The notes under the pieces: generated by a model | Seen by the model: only the letters and a program-made list of their open reading frames with translations | Databases searched by the model: none | What the model was told of the DNA's origin: nothing | Part shown: piece by piece, positions 29,852 to 39,111 of the stretch | Position numbering within the stretch: the stretch's first letter is position 1 | How the letters are laid out: the number at the start of each line of letters is the position of its first letter | Translations under genes and position numbers: made by a program | From: Spirochaetia bacterium | GTDB taxonomy: Bacteria > Spirochaetota > Spirochaetia > DSM-27196 > Salinispiraceae | NCBI GenBank assembly: GCA_038204425.1 | Contig: JBBRCZ010000015.1 | Location: forward strand, 1 to 60,176 | DNA: 60,176 nucleotides | Direction of reading: 5' to 3'

Positions 29852-30674
29852 GTTCGTTCTCGCCTTTTTTTTGCTGCTTGTCAAAAAACCAGGCGCTGGC
29901 TTCTTCCAAGAGTTTTGCCAATATTACCAACTGCAGATTGTCGCCGTCTTTGTACATCAGTTTTTGGAAACGAGCGTGGTCGAGCTTGATTCTCAAGTAC
30001 TGTAGTGCCTGTCCAAGCTGGCCGTCAAATTCTTGAGAAAAACTCTCGCCGGGGCGCAAAAGATAGACCGCCAGCAACTTGGGCAAAAGATGCTTGTCTT
30101 GAAGCGCCAAAGCTTGCAGTGTGTCGTGAGCATCCTGCATACGTTCAGCTCCCAAGTACCCAAGTGACAAGTTAAAGTTGATCCAAGCGGCATCCTCGCC
30201 CCCCAGGTCTTTAAACTCAGAAAAATAGGCAACAATCTGTTCGGGCTTGTTTTCCAACAAGTAAGAGACGCCCAGACTAAGTGCGTAGCGCGGCATTCGT
30301 TTAGGGTGTCTGGCCCTAACAAGTGTCTCAAGTTTACGCATATGACTGAGCTTGCCTTGAACCAACCAAGCGCGATAGAGCAGTTTGACGTTTTGGTCGC
30401 TCACTTTTTTTTGCTCAAAAAGGCGCTTTTCTAGCAACGCTGCCAAACCAGTCCAGTTTTCGCTCTCAAGAAGTACAAACATACGCCAATTAATGAGGAA
30501 GTAGCTGTCAATGACGGCCAAAATTAACAAAAATACTACGATTAAGTACCAATACTGCGCCCAAAAACTAAGAACAGTAGCAATAGGAATCACAAAAAGT
30601 GGCATGAGGAAGACAAAAACAAAGGAAATAGCGATTATGACGTTAAAGAGGGCAAAAATCAGCTTAAATTTCAT
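29844..30674 (-). CDS. Hypothetical membrane-anchored helical protein
   Basis: Two N-terminal TM helices then a TPR-like helical region; TAGGAG RBS before ATG 30674; stop overlaps the alaA start. Confidence 0.7.
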   Translation of the reverse strand: MKFKLIFALFNVIIAISFVFVFLMPLFVIPIATVLSFWAQYWYLIVVFLLILAVIDSYFLINWRMFVLLESENWTGLAALLEKRLFEQKKVSDQNVKLLYRAWLVQGKLSHMRKLETLVRARHPKRMPRYALSLGVSYLLENKPEQIVAYFSEFKDLGGEDAAWINFNLSLGYLGAERMQDAHDTLQALALQDKHLLPKLLAVYLLRPGESFSQEFDGQLGQALQYLRIKLDHARFQKLMYKDGDNLQLVILAKLLEEASAWFFDKQQKKGENEHE

Positions 30675-30840
30675 GCCGAAAACTCCTATAATATAATGTG
30701 GGCTAAGTTTATGTGCCTGCATATGGTGGCTGCAGCACAGAACATAGCATCATGACTGACACTGTAGCAAATTTTTGTTGCTGTGACAGTATGGCTGAGT
30801 ATGGCTGAGAGTCAATAAACAGGAAGGATACCCGTCTTCA

Positions 30841-31998
30841 ATGGAGAAACACCTAGTGATCGCGCTCGCAGAAGGCAAGGTCTTTAGTCTACCGGCCTAT
30901 CTCGACGAAAAATTTATACTTCTTTCTCCAGAAGTACCCATATCGGAACTACTTCTCGAACGTCTCAAACGCTGGAGCTTTTCCCATGTATTTAGCTCAG
31001 GTGAGCAGTCAGAGGAAAAATCCAACTTTACCACTGACAATGATTCGGGTTCTTCATTGTTGGAAAGTGAACTAAAAGAACAAACTGCCTTTGCCAAGGC
31101 CTTTGATTTTTATAAGACAACTGTCGACTTTGCTGAGCTCTTGTTTACTGATTTTATAAACAAAAACATGCTGTCTGCCAAAGAGATTACTGACCAGGTA
31201 AAAAAAATGATTGACGTCATTAAGGATCAGAAGAACTATATTCTACGTATAACTGAAATGGAACTGGCAGACAAAAACTACTTGGTGGTTCACTCGGTGA
31301 GGACAACAATTGTTGGCTTGGCCTTGGGAATCTTTGGAAAGTTGCCACCCCACAAGCTGATTGAACTTGGCATGACTTGCTTGCTGCACGAGCTGGGCAT
31401 GGTAAAACTGCCACCTCAATTGTACATGAGCAACAAGATTCTAACGCCACAGGAAAAGCGCGCTATTAGTGCGCATACCGTCTTGGGTTACAAGATTCTC
31501 AAGTCTGCCAATTTTCCTGGAAGTGTTTGTTTGGGTGTACTCGAAAGCCACGAAAACGTCGATGGAACGGGCTATCCCCGTAATTTGAGTGGCGACAAAA
31601 TATCGCTCTACGCACGCATTGTAACAATTGCCTCCAGTTACTCAGCTTTGTCTTCACCGCGCCCCTTTAGATTGGCTTTTGATGGTCATCATACAGTGCT
31701 TGAACTGCTCAAGGGCATGGGACGCAGATATGATGAACAGCTGGTCAGACTACTTGTGGCTAACCTTTCGGTCTATCCGATTGGCACCTATGTTCAGTTG
31801 GTCAGCGGCGCCAAGGGCATGGTTATCCAGGCCAACGAAGCTAACCCCAAAGAACCAATGGTTAGGCTGCTCTTTAATGCCTCTGGAGAACGCTACTCAG
31901 AATCGCCTTTGGTAAAAACCGATAACTCTGACTTTAGGATAGCCAAAGCGCTTACCATTCCCCAAGTAAACGAGCTGCGCAAAATCCTTAAGGCCTAG
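30841..31998 (+). CDS. HD-GYP domain protein with degenerate metal ligands
   Basis: HSVRT, LLHELG, HTVLGY, SHENVDGTGYP, ARIVTIASSYSALSSPRPFR, VYPIGTYV. Confidence 0.85.
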   Translation: MEKHLVIALAEGKVFSLPAYLDEKFILLSPEVPISELLLERLKRWSFSHVFSSGEQSEEKSNFTTDNDSGSSLLESELKEQTAFAKAFDFYKTTVDFAELLFTDFINKNMLSAKEITDQVKKMIDVIKDQKNYILRITEMELADKNYLVVHSVRTTIVGLALGIFGKLPPHKLIELGMTCLLHELGMVKLPPQLYMSNKILTPQEKRAISAHTVLGYKILKSANFPGSVCLGVLESHENVDGTGYPRNLSGDKISLYARIVTIASSYSALSSPRPFRLAFDGHHTVLELLKGMGRRYDEQLVRLLVANLSVYPIGTYVQLVSGAKGMVIQANEANPKEPMVRLLFNASGERYSESPLVKTDNSDFRIAKALTIPQVNELRKILKA

Positions 31999-32052
31999 TA
32001 AGCTGGCAAAAGTACTTGCCGTCGATAGCGTGACAATAGTAATCTCATGCTC

Positions 32053-33837
32053 ATGGAAATACCAAGCCGTAGCCAACAAAAACCCTCGGACTGCTGGGAC
32101 TTAAGCAGCCTTTATATTGATGATGCCAGCTGGGAAGCAGCTTTTAGCAGCTTTCAAAACTACCCAAGCAAAATTGAAGCCTACCGAGATCGACTCGCAA
32201 GCGGCCAAGAGATTCTTTTAGAATTTCTGATGCTGCTTTATGAGGTATCCCGTTTGGATGACCGCCTCGGCCACTATGCTTTTCTGCGCCACAGTGAAGA
32301 CGGCGGCGATGCAGCCAACCAGGCTCGCCAAATGCGCTTTAGCTCGGCCGCCAGTCTTGTGCAAACGGCCGCCAGCTGGTTTACTCCCGAACTTTTGCAA
32401 CTGGACGCCGACTATCTTCAAACTTTTATGCAGAGTCCAGCCGGCAACGACTATCGCATCGCCTTAGAAAAGACCTTGCGCTTTGGACCCCATACCTTAA
32501 GCGACAAAGAGGAACAACTACTTGCTTTGCAAGAAGATGCCAGCCAAACTGCTCAAAGAAGCTTTGCTGCCCTAACTGACGTGGATTTGGATTTTGGCAG
32601 CATTGAAACTGCTCAAGGAGCCAAAGCGCTCAGCCAATCGAGCTATGCTTGGTTTATGTTGCAAGCCGACCGAGGACTGCGACAGCGAGCCTGGGAGCAG
32701 TTTTACGCAGGCTTTGATAAGCACAAAAACACCTTGGCCAATCTCTACGCCGGCGCTATCAAGATAGACATATTTAATGCGCGTGCACGCAAATATCCCT
32801 CAAGCGTAGAGGCCGCTTTGTTTGGTGACAAAGTGCCACTATCTGTCTACCAAAGTTTGGTAACAACCGTGCGTGAGTTTTTGCCGCACCTACATCGTTA
32901 CTACCAGCTGAGAGCCAAAAAACTTGGCCTTGAGAAATTAGAGCTTTATGATACAAGAATAAGCTTGGTAAGTGATGTCAAAACTAGGTACAGCTATGCG
33001 CAGGCAGTTGAAGTTATTATCAAGGCCTTGCATCCGCTTGGCCAAGAATATTTGGATGTCTTACAAAAAGGACTGAGTGGAGCATGGGTTGACCGCTACG
33101 AAAACAAGGGCAAACGCTCGGGTGCTTTTTCGGCCGGGAGTTTTGACGGCGAGCCCTATATTCTTATGAACTATAAGGATACTGTCATCGGCGACGTTTT
33201 TACACTTGCCCATGAAGCCGGCCATTCTATGCATTCCTGGTACTCACGCGCCAATAACCCCTACCCTCATTATCGCTACTCTATTTTTGAAGCCGAAGTG
33301 GCCTCAACTTTTAACGAAGAGCTTTTGTTTGACCACTTGCTCAAAACAAGCCAGGACAAGGATCTCAAAGGCTACCTCCTCAATAAGCACTTGGACGACA
33401 TTATTGGTACGGTCTTTAGGCAAACCATGTTTGCCGAGTTTGAACTCATTTGTCACAGCAAATTGGAGGCTGGTGAAGCCCTCGGACTGGCTGAGCTGCG
33501 TGCCGAGTATCGTAAACTCTTGCAGGACTATTTTGGACCAGCCGTCAACATTCACCCCTTGGCAGATCTGGAAGGTCTGCGTATTCCGCACTTCTATCGC
33601 GCTTTTTACGTCTACAAGTATGCCACCGGCTTGTCGGCCGCTATGGCCTTGGCACAAGGTGTGCTCAAAAAAGGCGGCGCTGCGACTCAATCGTACCTGC
33701 AATTTCTCAAAAGTGGCGGCCGTTCTTATCCCATAGAAAACCTTGACCAAGCTGGGGTAGATATGTCGCAACCTCAAGCCATACGCAATGCTATGCAAGT
33801 TTTTGTGACGGTGCTCGACCAAGTGGAGACCTTTTGA
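32053..33837 (+). CDS. pepF: Oligoendopeptidase F (M3B)
   Basis: WDLSSLY, GKRSGAFS, PYILMNY, TLAHEAGHSMH, AEVASTFNE, FRQTMFAEFE, IPHFYRAFYVYKYATG. Start at 32047 or 32053. Confidence 0.95.
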   Translation: MEIPSRSQQKPSDCWDLSSLYIDDASWEAAFSSFQNYPSKIEAYRDRLASGQEILLEFLMLLYEVSRLDDRLGHYAFLRHSEDGGDAANQARQMRFSSAASLVQTAASWFTPELLQLDADYLQTFMQSPAGNDYRIALEKTLRFGPHTLSDKEEQLLALQEDASQTAQRSFAALTDVDLDFGSIETAQGAKALSQSSYAWFMLQADRGLRQRAWEQFYAGFDKHKNTLANLYAGAIKIDIFNARARKYPSSVEAALFGDKVPLSVYQSLVTTVREFLPHLHRYYQLRAKKLGLEKLELYDTRISLVSDVKTRYSYAQAVEVIIKALHPLGQEYLDVLQKGLSGAWVDRYENKGKRSGAFSAGSFDGEPYILMNYKDTVIGDVFTLAHEAGHSMHSWYSRANNPYPHYRYSIFEAEVASTFNEELLFDHLLKTSQDKDLKGYLLNKHLDDIIGTVFRQTMFAEFELICHSKLEAGEALGLAELRAEYRKLLQDYFGPAVNIHPLADLEGLRIPHFYRAFYVYKYATGLSAAMALAQGVLKKGGAATQSYLQFLKSGGRSYPIENLDQAGVDMSQPQAIRNAMQVFVTVLDQVETF

Positions 33838-33851
33838 GAACCCGACTTATG

Positions 33852-33881
33852 TTGACTTATACACTCAACTTTGGCTATAAT
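33852..33881 (+). promoter_or_regulatory. Sigma70-type promoter of the FNR-miaB unit
   Basis: TTGACT, 18 nt, TATAAT. Confidence 0.65.
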
Positions 33882-33892
33882 GCTAAGTTCTT

Positions 33893-34603
33893 ATGAAAGC
33901 GACACTTGACCCTTCCAACAACAATAGCCCATCCGTCAGCCCGGTCAGCAACGACCGTGCCCACTTGCACCATCGCGTGCTTGAACGTCGTGTGCTTGGC
34001 GATCACAGTTTTGTAGTGCGAATGGAACGACGAGCAATAGCCTTTAAAAGCGGTCAGTACATCAGCGTCGGGGTAAAGGGCGACCTTAACATGCGCGAAT
34101 ATTCGATCTATTCGCCGGAGCAGGCCGATTTTGTAGAAGTCTTAATCAGAGAAGTAGATGGCGGCATAGTGTCTCCACGGCTCAAAAAGCTAGAGGCCGG
34201 CGACATGGCCTACATCGAAGGCCCCTTTGGTTACTTTACGGTTGAGCCGCACATGAGAAGCGCCAAACTATTTTTTATTGCCAGCGGAACAGGTATTAGT
34301 CCCTTCCATAGCATGGTTTTGTCAGATCCAAAACTCGACTACCAACTGATCCACGGCGTGCGAACCAAAGATGAGTGCTACGAACACAAACTTTTTGACA
34401 CAAGCCGCGTGGTGAGTTGTGTAAGCCGAGAAGACGGTGGCAGTTTTAATGGGCGTGTCACCAGTTACCTACGGCAGAACAAGATAGATGCTGCTGGCTT
34501 TTATTTTCTCTGTGGCAATTGTGATATGATCTACGAAGTTTTTGATATCTTGAGCTCTTCTGGAGTTCCTTCTTCTCAGATTTTTGCCGAAGTTTACTTC
34601 TGA
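33893..34603 (+). CDS. Ferredoxin(flavodoxin)-NADP+ reductase-like FAD/NAD(P) oxidoreductase
   Basis: FKSGQY, REYSIYS, GIVSPRL, EGPFGYF, IASGTGISPF, LCGNCDMI, terminal EVYF. Confidence 0.88.
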   Translation: MKATLDPSNNNSPSVSPVSNDRAHLHHRVLERRVLGDHSFVVRMERRAIAFKSGQYISVGVKGDLNMREYSIYSPEQADFVEVLIREVDGGIVSPRLKKLEAGDMAYIEGPFGYFTVEPHMRSAKLFFIASGTGISPFHSMVLSDPKLDYQLIHGVRTKDECYEHKLFDTSRVVSCVSREDGGSFNGRVTSYLRQNKIDAAGFYFLCGNCDMIYEVFDILSSSGVPSSQIFAEVYF

Positions 34604-36159
34604 TGAACTATCACCTGGTGCAGCTTGGCTGCCAGATGAACTTATCCGACGCCGAGCGCATTGCGACCGTGCTTGCCAACATGGGTTATCAGCGCTGCGA
34701 AACAGAAGAAGAAGCCGACCTTTTGGGCGTGGTAGCTTGTTCGGTGCGACAAAAAGCAATCAACAAAGCCTACTCCAAAATAAACCTCTGGAATAAATGG
34801 AAGCGCAGTCGCACGCTCTTAACCTTCGTTTCTGGCTGCGTGCTCAACGAAGACCGCGAGAAATTTCTCAAACGTTTTGATTTGGTGTTTAGCATCAATG
34901 ACTTACCCCAGTTGCCAGAAATGATTGGCCAGTATGGGGTAACAACTCCGTTTTCGGTATCGACAAGTCATATAGAAAACGCCGCCTTGGAAGAACATGA
35001 GCGCCCCAAACGACCGATAGGTCCAATGTGGATGGGTGAGAGCCAAAAGGTTCTCAATCTGACTCTGGCAGCTCCGGCAATAATTGATGACAAGCATCAA
35101 GAAGCTCTGCGAAGATCTACTCTACTAGGCATAAAAGTCCTGCAACAGCAGATAAAAGAACATGGTGGCGCTCAAGAGATTGTGAACAAGTCAAGACTGC
35201 TCAGCCCAATCGAAGATCCTATGGGTGGCTTTTGGGACATCCAACCGAGCTACAACTCGAGTTATGAAGCCTTTGTCCCTATCCAAAATGGCTGTGATAA
35301 GTTTTGCACCTTTTGCGCTGTGCCCTACACACGTGGCCGCGAAGTAAGCCGCCCTTCGGCTGAAATTTTGCGTGAAGTCGCCACTTTGATCGATAGAGGC
35401 TACAAGTCAATTACCCTGCTGGGTCAAAACGTCAATAGTTATGGCCAAGACGCAGGCGAGCTGAGCTTTGCTCAGCTCTTGCACCAGATTGGAATACTCG
35501 GCCAAACAAGTGGCAAAAAATTTTGGGTCTACTTTACTGCCCCCCACCCACGCGACATGGACGACGAGGTACTTAAGGCGGTTGCCACTTACGATTGCTT
35601 GGCCAAACAGATCCACCTGCCACTACAGTCTGGCGATGACAAAGTGCTACTGCGCATGAACCGCAAGCACAGTGTCGGTCGTTACCGAGATGTGATAGCA
35701 TCAATCAGGCGGCTCTTGCCCACCGCCACGCTCTTTACTGACATCATCGTCGGCTTTAGCGGAGAAACCATAGAACAGTTTGAAAACACCAAAGCAGCCA
35801 TGCACGAGTTTGACTACCAAATGGCCTTTGTAGCCATGTATTCGCCTAGACCAGGCGCTGCAGCCAGCCGCTGGGACGATGATGTCGAATTAGAAGAAAA
35901 AAAGCGCCGCCTAGAAGTCCTTACCAAGGTTTTACATCAGGACAGCTTGGCTTTTAACCAACGCTACATCGGACAAACCATGACAGTACTGGTAGAACGT
36001 CCAGACCGCAAAGCTGGTTATTGGAATGGACGCAACGAGGGGAAGATCCAAGTACGCTTTGCAAGCCAAGCCGAAGCTGTGGTGGCTGCAGGAAGCATGG
36101 TGCAAGTCAAGATTACCAGCACACGTTCGCTCTCAATGGAAGGAGAACTTGTTCAATAG
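34603..36159 (+). CDS. miaB: tRNA methylthiotransferase MiaB (radical SAM) with a long linker insertion
   Basis: GCQMNLSD, CSVRQKA, SGC, GCDKFCTFCAVPYTRGRE, LLGQNVNSYG, HLPLQSGDD, YSPRPG, C-terminal TRAM-like domain. Confidence 0.85.
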   Translation: MNYHLVQLGCQMNLSDAERIATVLANMGYQRCETEEEADLLGVVACSVRQKAINKAYSKINLWNKWKRSRTLLTFVSGCVLNEDREKFLKRFDLVFSINDLPQLPEMIGQYGVTTPFSVSTSHIENAALEEHERPKRPIGPMWMGESQKVLNLTLAAPAIIDDKHQEALRRSTLLGIKVLQQQIKEHGGAQEIVNKSRLLSPIEDPMGGFWDIQPSYNSSYEAFVPIQNGCDKFCTFCAVPYTRGREVSRPSAEILREVATLIDRGYKSITLLGQNVNSYGQDAGELSFAQLLHQIGILGQTSGKKFWVYFTAPHPRDMDDEVLKAVATYDCLAKQIHLPLQSGDDKVLLRMNRKHSVGRYRDVIASIRRLLPTATLFTDIIVGFSGETIEQFENTKAAMHEFDYQMAFVAMYSPRPGAAASRWDDDVELEEKKRRLEVLTKVLHQDSLAFNQRYIGQTMTVLVERPDRKAGYWNGRNEGKIQVRFASQAEAVVAAGSMVQVKITSTRSLSMEGELVQ

Positions 36160-36180
36160 CGCGCAGTGCCACAAAATGCT

Positions 36181-36209
36181 TTGACATGTTCTTTATTTAT
36201 GACTATTAT
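36181..36209 (+). promoter_or_regulatory. Sigma70-type promoter of the A-type Fe-S carrier gene
   Basis: TTGACA, 17 nt, TATTAT. Confidence 0.7.
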
Positions 36210-36257
36210 TACAAGGTATTACAGGTTTTGTGCCTGAAACCATAGGGGGGATTTAGA

Positions 36258-36599
36258 ATGTCCACAACAACGACCGACAATATTGTGCAGATTACCGACA
36301 TGGCTCAAGATGAGTTGCTCAAGCTCGAAGTAAACCACGAAAACTTTTTGCGCCTCTGGGTAGTAGAAGGCGGATGTAAGGGCTACACCTACCAAGCAGC
36401 CATAGACAATCAGTTTGCAGAAGAAGACCAAGTAGTTTTTTCTAACGAAAAGATGCGCGTGGTAAGCGATGCCGAGAGTGTCTTGCACTTTGATGGCCTG
36501 CAGATAGACTTTTCTGACGACATGACCAAGGGTGGATTTCGCTTCCTCAACCCCACTGCCAAGGCCAGCTGTGGTTGTGGCTCAAGTTTCTGTTCTTAA
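36258..36599 (+). CDS. A-type Fe-S cluster carrier (IscA/ErpA/HesB family)
   Basis: LRLWVVEGGCKGYTY...GFRFLNPTAKASCGCGSSF. Confidence 0.93.
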   Translation: MSTTTTDNIVQITDMAQDELLKLEVNHENFLRLWVVEGGCKGYTYQAAIDNQFAEEDQVVFSNEKMRVVSDAESVLHFDGLQIDFSDDMTKGGFRFLNPTAKASCGCGSSFCS

Positions 36600-36618
36600 G
36601 CTCGGCTAAGGAAAACGC

Positions 36619-36849
36619 ATGCAAATTAGTGTCAAACCCAATACCGAAAATCTCAAGCCGGTCGAACTGACCGGTGGTGAGTCGGTATACTGTATAAACT
36701 ACACCCAAATGGGCCGAGCCAAAAAACTACTTGAATCTGCACCGGCTGACTCGCCAATGACTTTGGCTTGGAAGCAAATTCAAGACAGCCTCGACCGCAA
36801 CGAAAAAGCTACCATAGCTTTTATGCTGATAGACGAACTTAACAAATAA
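36619..36849 (+). CDS. Small hypothetical protein (76 aa)
   Basis: AAGGA RBS, 19 nt downstream of the A-type carrier gene, protein-like composition. Confidence 0.65.
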   Translation: MQISVKPNTENLKPVELTGGESVYCINYTQMGRAKKLLESAPADSPMTLAWKQIQDSLDRNEKATIAFMLIDELNK

Positions 36850-36924
36850 GGGAGTCCCGAAGTCACGCGAGAGCTTGACGTGCAATGCCCCTGAGCGCAA
36901 GATTAAGGCTATGGGGCTTTGGCA

Positions 36925-39105
36925 ATGACAAACAATCTTATTGGACACGAACTAAGAAGACTCGACAGCCTGCAGGGTAGCGACCCTGCCTTTTTTGTTT
37001 TGGCAACGCACTGTTGGATAGAAGCCTATCTACGCCGCCGCTATGGTCTAGAAAGCCAAGACAAAAACGACAACTTTTTTAGTCTTTTGACGAGTTTTAT
37101 AGAAGAGGGCCAAGATAACTCCTTGCCCGATGCGAGTAAAGCCCTGCTCAAAGACATCTTACGCTATCAAACCGTGGTCAATAAAATACGCCACGGTTTC
37201 TTTTTTTTGGGCAATGACGAGGCTATATCTGCCCTGCATCGCTTGATTGGATTTTGCCACGCTGCGTCTATCCAAGCCGAGGAAGAACTTAAGAGCATGC
37301 GTAGTGCCGTTGGCAAGGTTTGGCAAGCAAGAGATATAGACCAAGGACAATCTAACCCACTTAGACAAGTTAACGCTTCGTTGCAATCCAAAGCCCTTCT
37401 TGACCCAGATCTGGATGCTCAACTGCGGGAATCCCGCGTGCTACTAGCTGAGCTTGATACGCTGCGCAAGAACTTGGCCGCAACCCAAAAAGAACTGCGC
37501 CAAGCCAGTACCAACGTGGCACAAGAAAAACTCTCGCGCCTTGCCAAGGACGCAAGACTTGACCAACTGCGCCAAAAAGCAGCTGACCTTAGCTCCACCA
37601 TTAGACAACAAGACCAAAAAATCGCCTCACTACAAAAAGCAGATCAGTATCGAAGCGACCTGATACGGCTTACCGCCTACACACGTAGTCGACGAGACTT
37701 TGAACGAAACCTAAGTTCGCTGAGCCCTGACCAAGAGGCCGCCATCAAAGCGATTGGCCACGATAGTGATTTTTTGATTCGTGGATCAGCTGGGACTGGC
37801 AAAACAATAGTTTTGCTTAAAGCAATAGAGAAACTGATGCAAAGTAACAAAGAAGGTCTCGACTTTGGTGAAGCCCGGCAAAACCCTAGCCTGGTACTTT
37901 TGACCTACAGCAAGACTCTGGTCAACTACAGTCGTTACTTGGGTACGTTGTTTGAACTTGACGAGTCAGCCGGTATGCTTACAGTGGACAAGTTTTTGGG
38001 CCATATGTTTAAAACGCTCTACCCGGAAAAAACCATTGAATACGAAACTAGTCGATTGGGGCTCAGACTATCAGCGGTCGGCATATTGAGCGAGGAAGCC
38101 CAGCGCTTGGAAATTGAGGACCTGATGCTTGAACAAATGCTGAGCCAAGACCAGTATTTGGCAGGAGCAGGCTTGCGACCTTCGGGTTCTACGGTGCCTG
38201 AGCTCAACCAACGTAAAGAACTCTGGCAGCAGCGCACAGTCTACGAAAGCTCTATGAAGGCCCAAGCCCGCTGTTCGCCCGCCTGGGCTTGGCAAGAATT
38301 GCTAGCTGCAAAACACGAAGATCGACTACCAGAGCACGAGCGTGTAGACTATCTGTTTGTAGACGAAGTGCAAGACCTGTCACCCTTGGTATTGGCTGCG
38401 CTCAAGGCCTGCACGCGCCGCGGTTTGATTATGGCAGGGGATGGCGACCAAGCTTTGTTTAGAAGGGGGTTTTCTTTTAAGACCCTGGGCATTGATATCG
38501 TTGGTAAGAGTAAGGTGCTGCGAACCAACTTTAGAAATACCGTACCTATCCACGAGCTGGTCGAACGGTTTTGGCACTTGGCACACAGCGGCGAGCCCGA
38601 GCTTAGCGACAGTCAGACACCACGGCCAAGTGGCTACCGCTTTGGTCCGCTGCCAGAGCTGGGACGTTATAGTGACCTCGACCAAGCCTTTGCTTTGCTC
38701 ATTGAACGGTTGCACGTATTTATTGACGACCTTGGCTACGTGGCCGAAAACATTGGCATAATAGTGCGCCGTCGCGAAACTATGGCAAGTCTAGCAACGG
38801 TTTTAGACAAGGCAGGAATCCCCTGCACCACGGCATTGCGTGATGACGATTTTGACTTTGCTGGCCACAGTGGTCTGCGCTTGATGACCCTACATGGCAG
38901 CAAGGGTTTGGACTTTCCCGTGGTGATCTTTGTTGCCGAGGGACTCAAGAGTGACTTTAGCGCAAACGAAGTCTACGTGGCTTTAAGCCGAGCCATGGAG
39001 CAACTCTTGGTGCTCGTCCCGCAAAAAACCAAGTCCCAAACCTTGCTCAAGGTGCTTGAGTCCTTTGCTGCCTGCCAAGCTGACTGGGGCTTGGATCAGA
39101 GCTAG
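36925..39105 (+). CDS. SF1 (UvrD-like) helicase with N-terminal HEPN-like domain and coiled coil
   Basis: GSAGTGKT, LTYSKTL, FVDEVQD, AGDGDQ, NFRN, TLHGSKGLDF, YVALSRA. The N-terminus has HCWIEAYLR...VNKIRH, followed by a heptad-rich segment. Confidence 0.85.
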   Translation: MTNNLIGHELRRLDSLQGSDPAFFVLATHCWIEAYLRRRYGLESQDKNDNFFSLLTSFIEEGQDNSLPDASKALLKDILRYQTVVNKIRHGFFFLGNDEAISALHRLIGFCHAASIQAEEELKSMRSAVGKVWQARDIDQGQSNPLRQVNASLQSKALLDPDLDAQLRESRVLLAELDTLRKNLAATQKELRQASTNVAQEKLSRLAKDARLDQLRQKAADLSSTIRQQDQKIASLQKADQYRSDLIRLTAYTRSRRDFERNLSSLSPDQEAAIKAIGHDSDFLIRGSAGTGKTIVLLKAIEKLMQSNKEGLDFGEARQNPSLVLLTYSKTLVNYSRYLGTLFELDESAGMLTVDKFLGHMFKTLYPEKTIEYETSRLGLRLSAVGILSEEAQRLEIEDLMLEQMLSQDQYLAGAGLRPSGSTVPELNQRKELWQQRTVYESSMKAQARCSPAWAWQELLAAKHEDRLPEHERVDYLFVDEVQDLSPLVLAALKACTRRGLIMAGDGDQALFRRGFSFKTLGIDIVGKSKVLRTNFRNTVPIHELVERFWHLAHSGEPELSDSQTPRPSGYRFGPLPELGRYSDLDQAFALLIERLHVFIDDLGYVAENIGIIVRRRETMASLATVLDKAGIPCTTALRDDDFDFAGHSGLRLMTLHGSKGLDFPVVIFVAEGLKSDFSANEVYVALSRAMEQLLVLVPQKTKSQTLLKVLESFAACQADWGLDQS

Positions 39106-39111
39106 GCCACT

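Noticed and set aside
30789..30809. 10-bp direct repeat GTATGGCTGA x2 upstream of the HD-GYP gene
   Set aside because: Only two copies with no further support; could be a small duplication.
33206..33822. Long alternative-frame ORFs (176 and 172 aa) inside pepF
   Set aside because: Both are fully nested in a well-conserved gene with no recognisable motifs; the same holds for the other nested ORFs in the track.
36911..36928. Mini-ORF MGLWQ whose stop overlaps the helicase ATG
   Set aside because: Too short to tell from chance without ribosome profiling.
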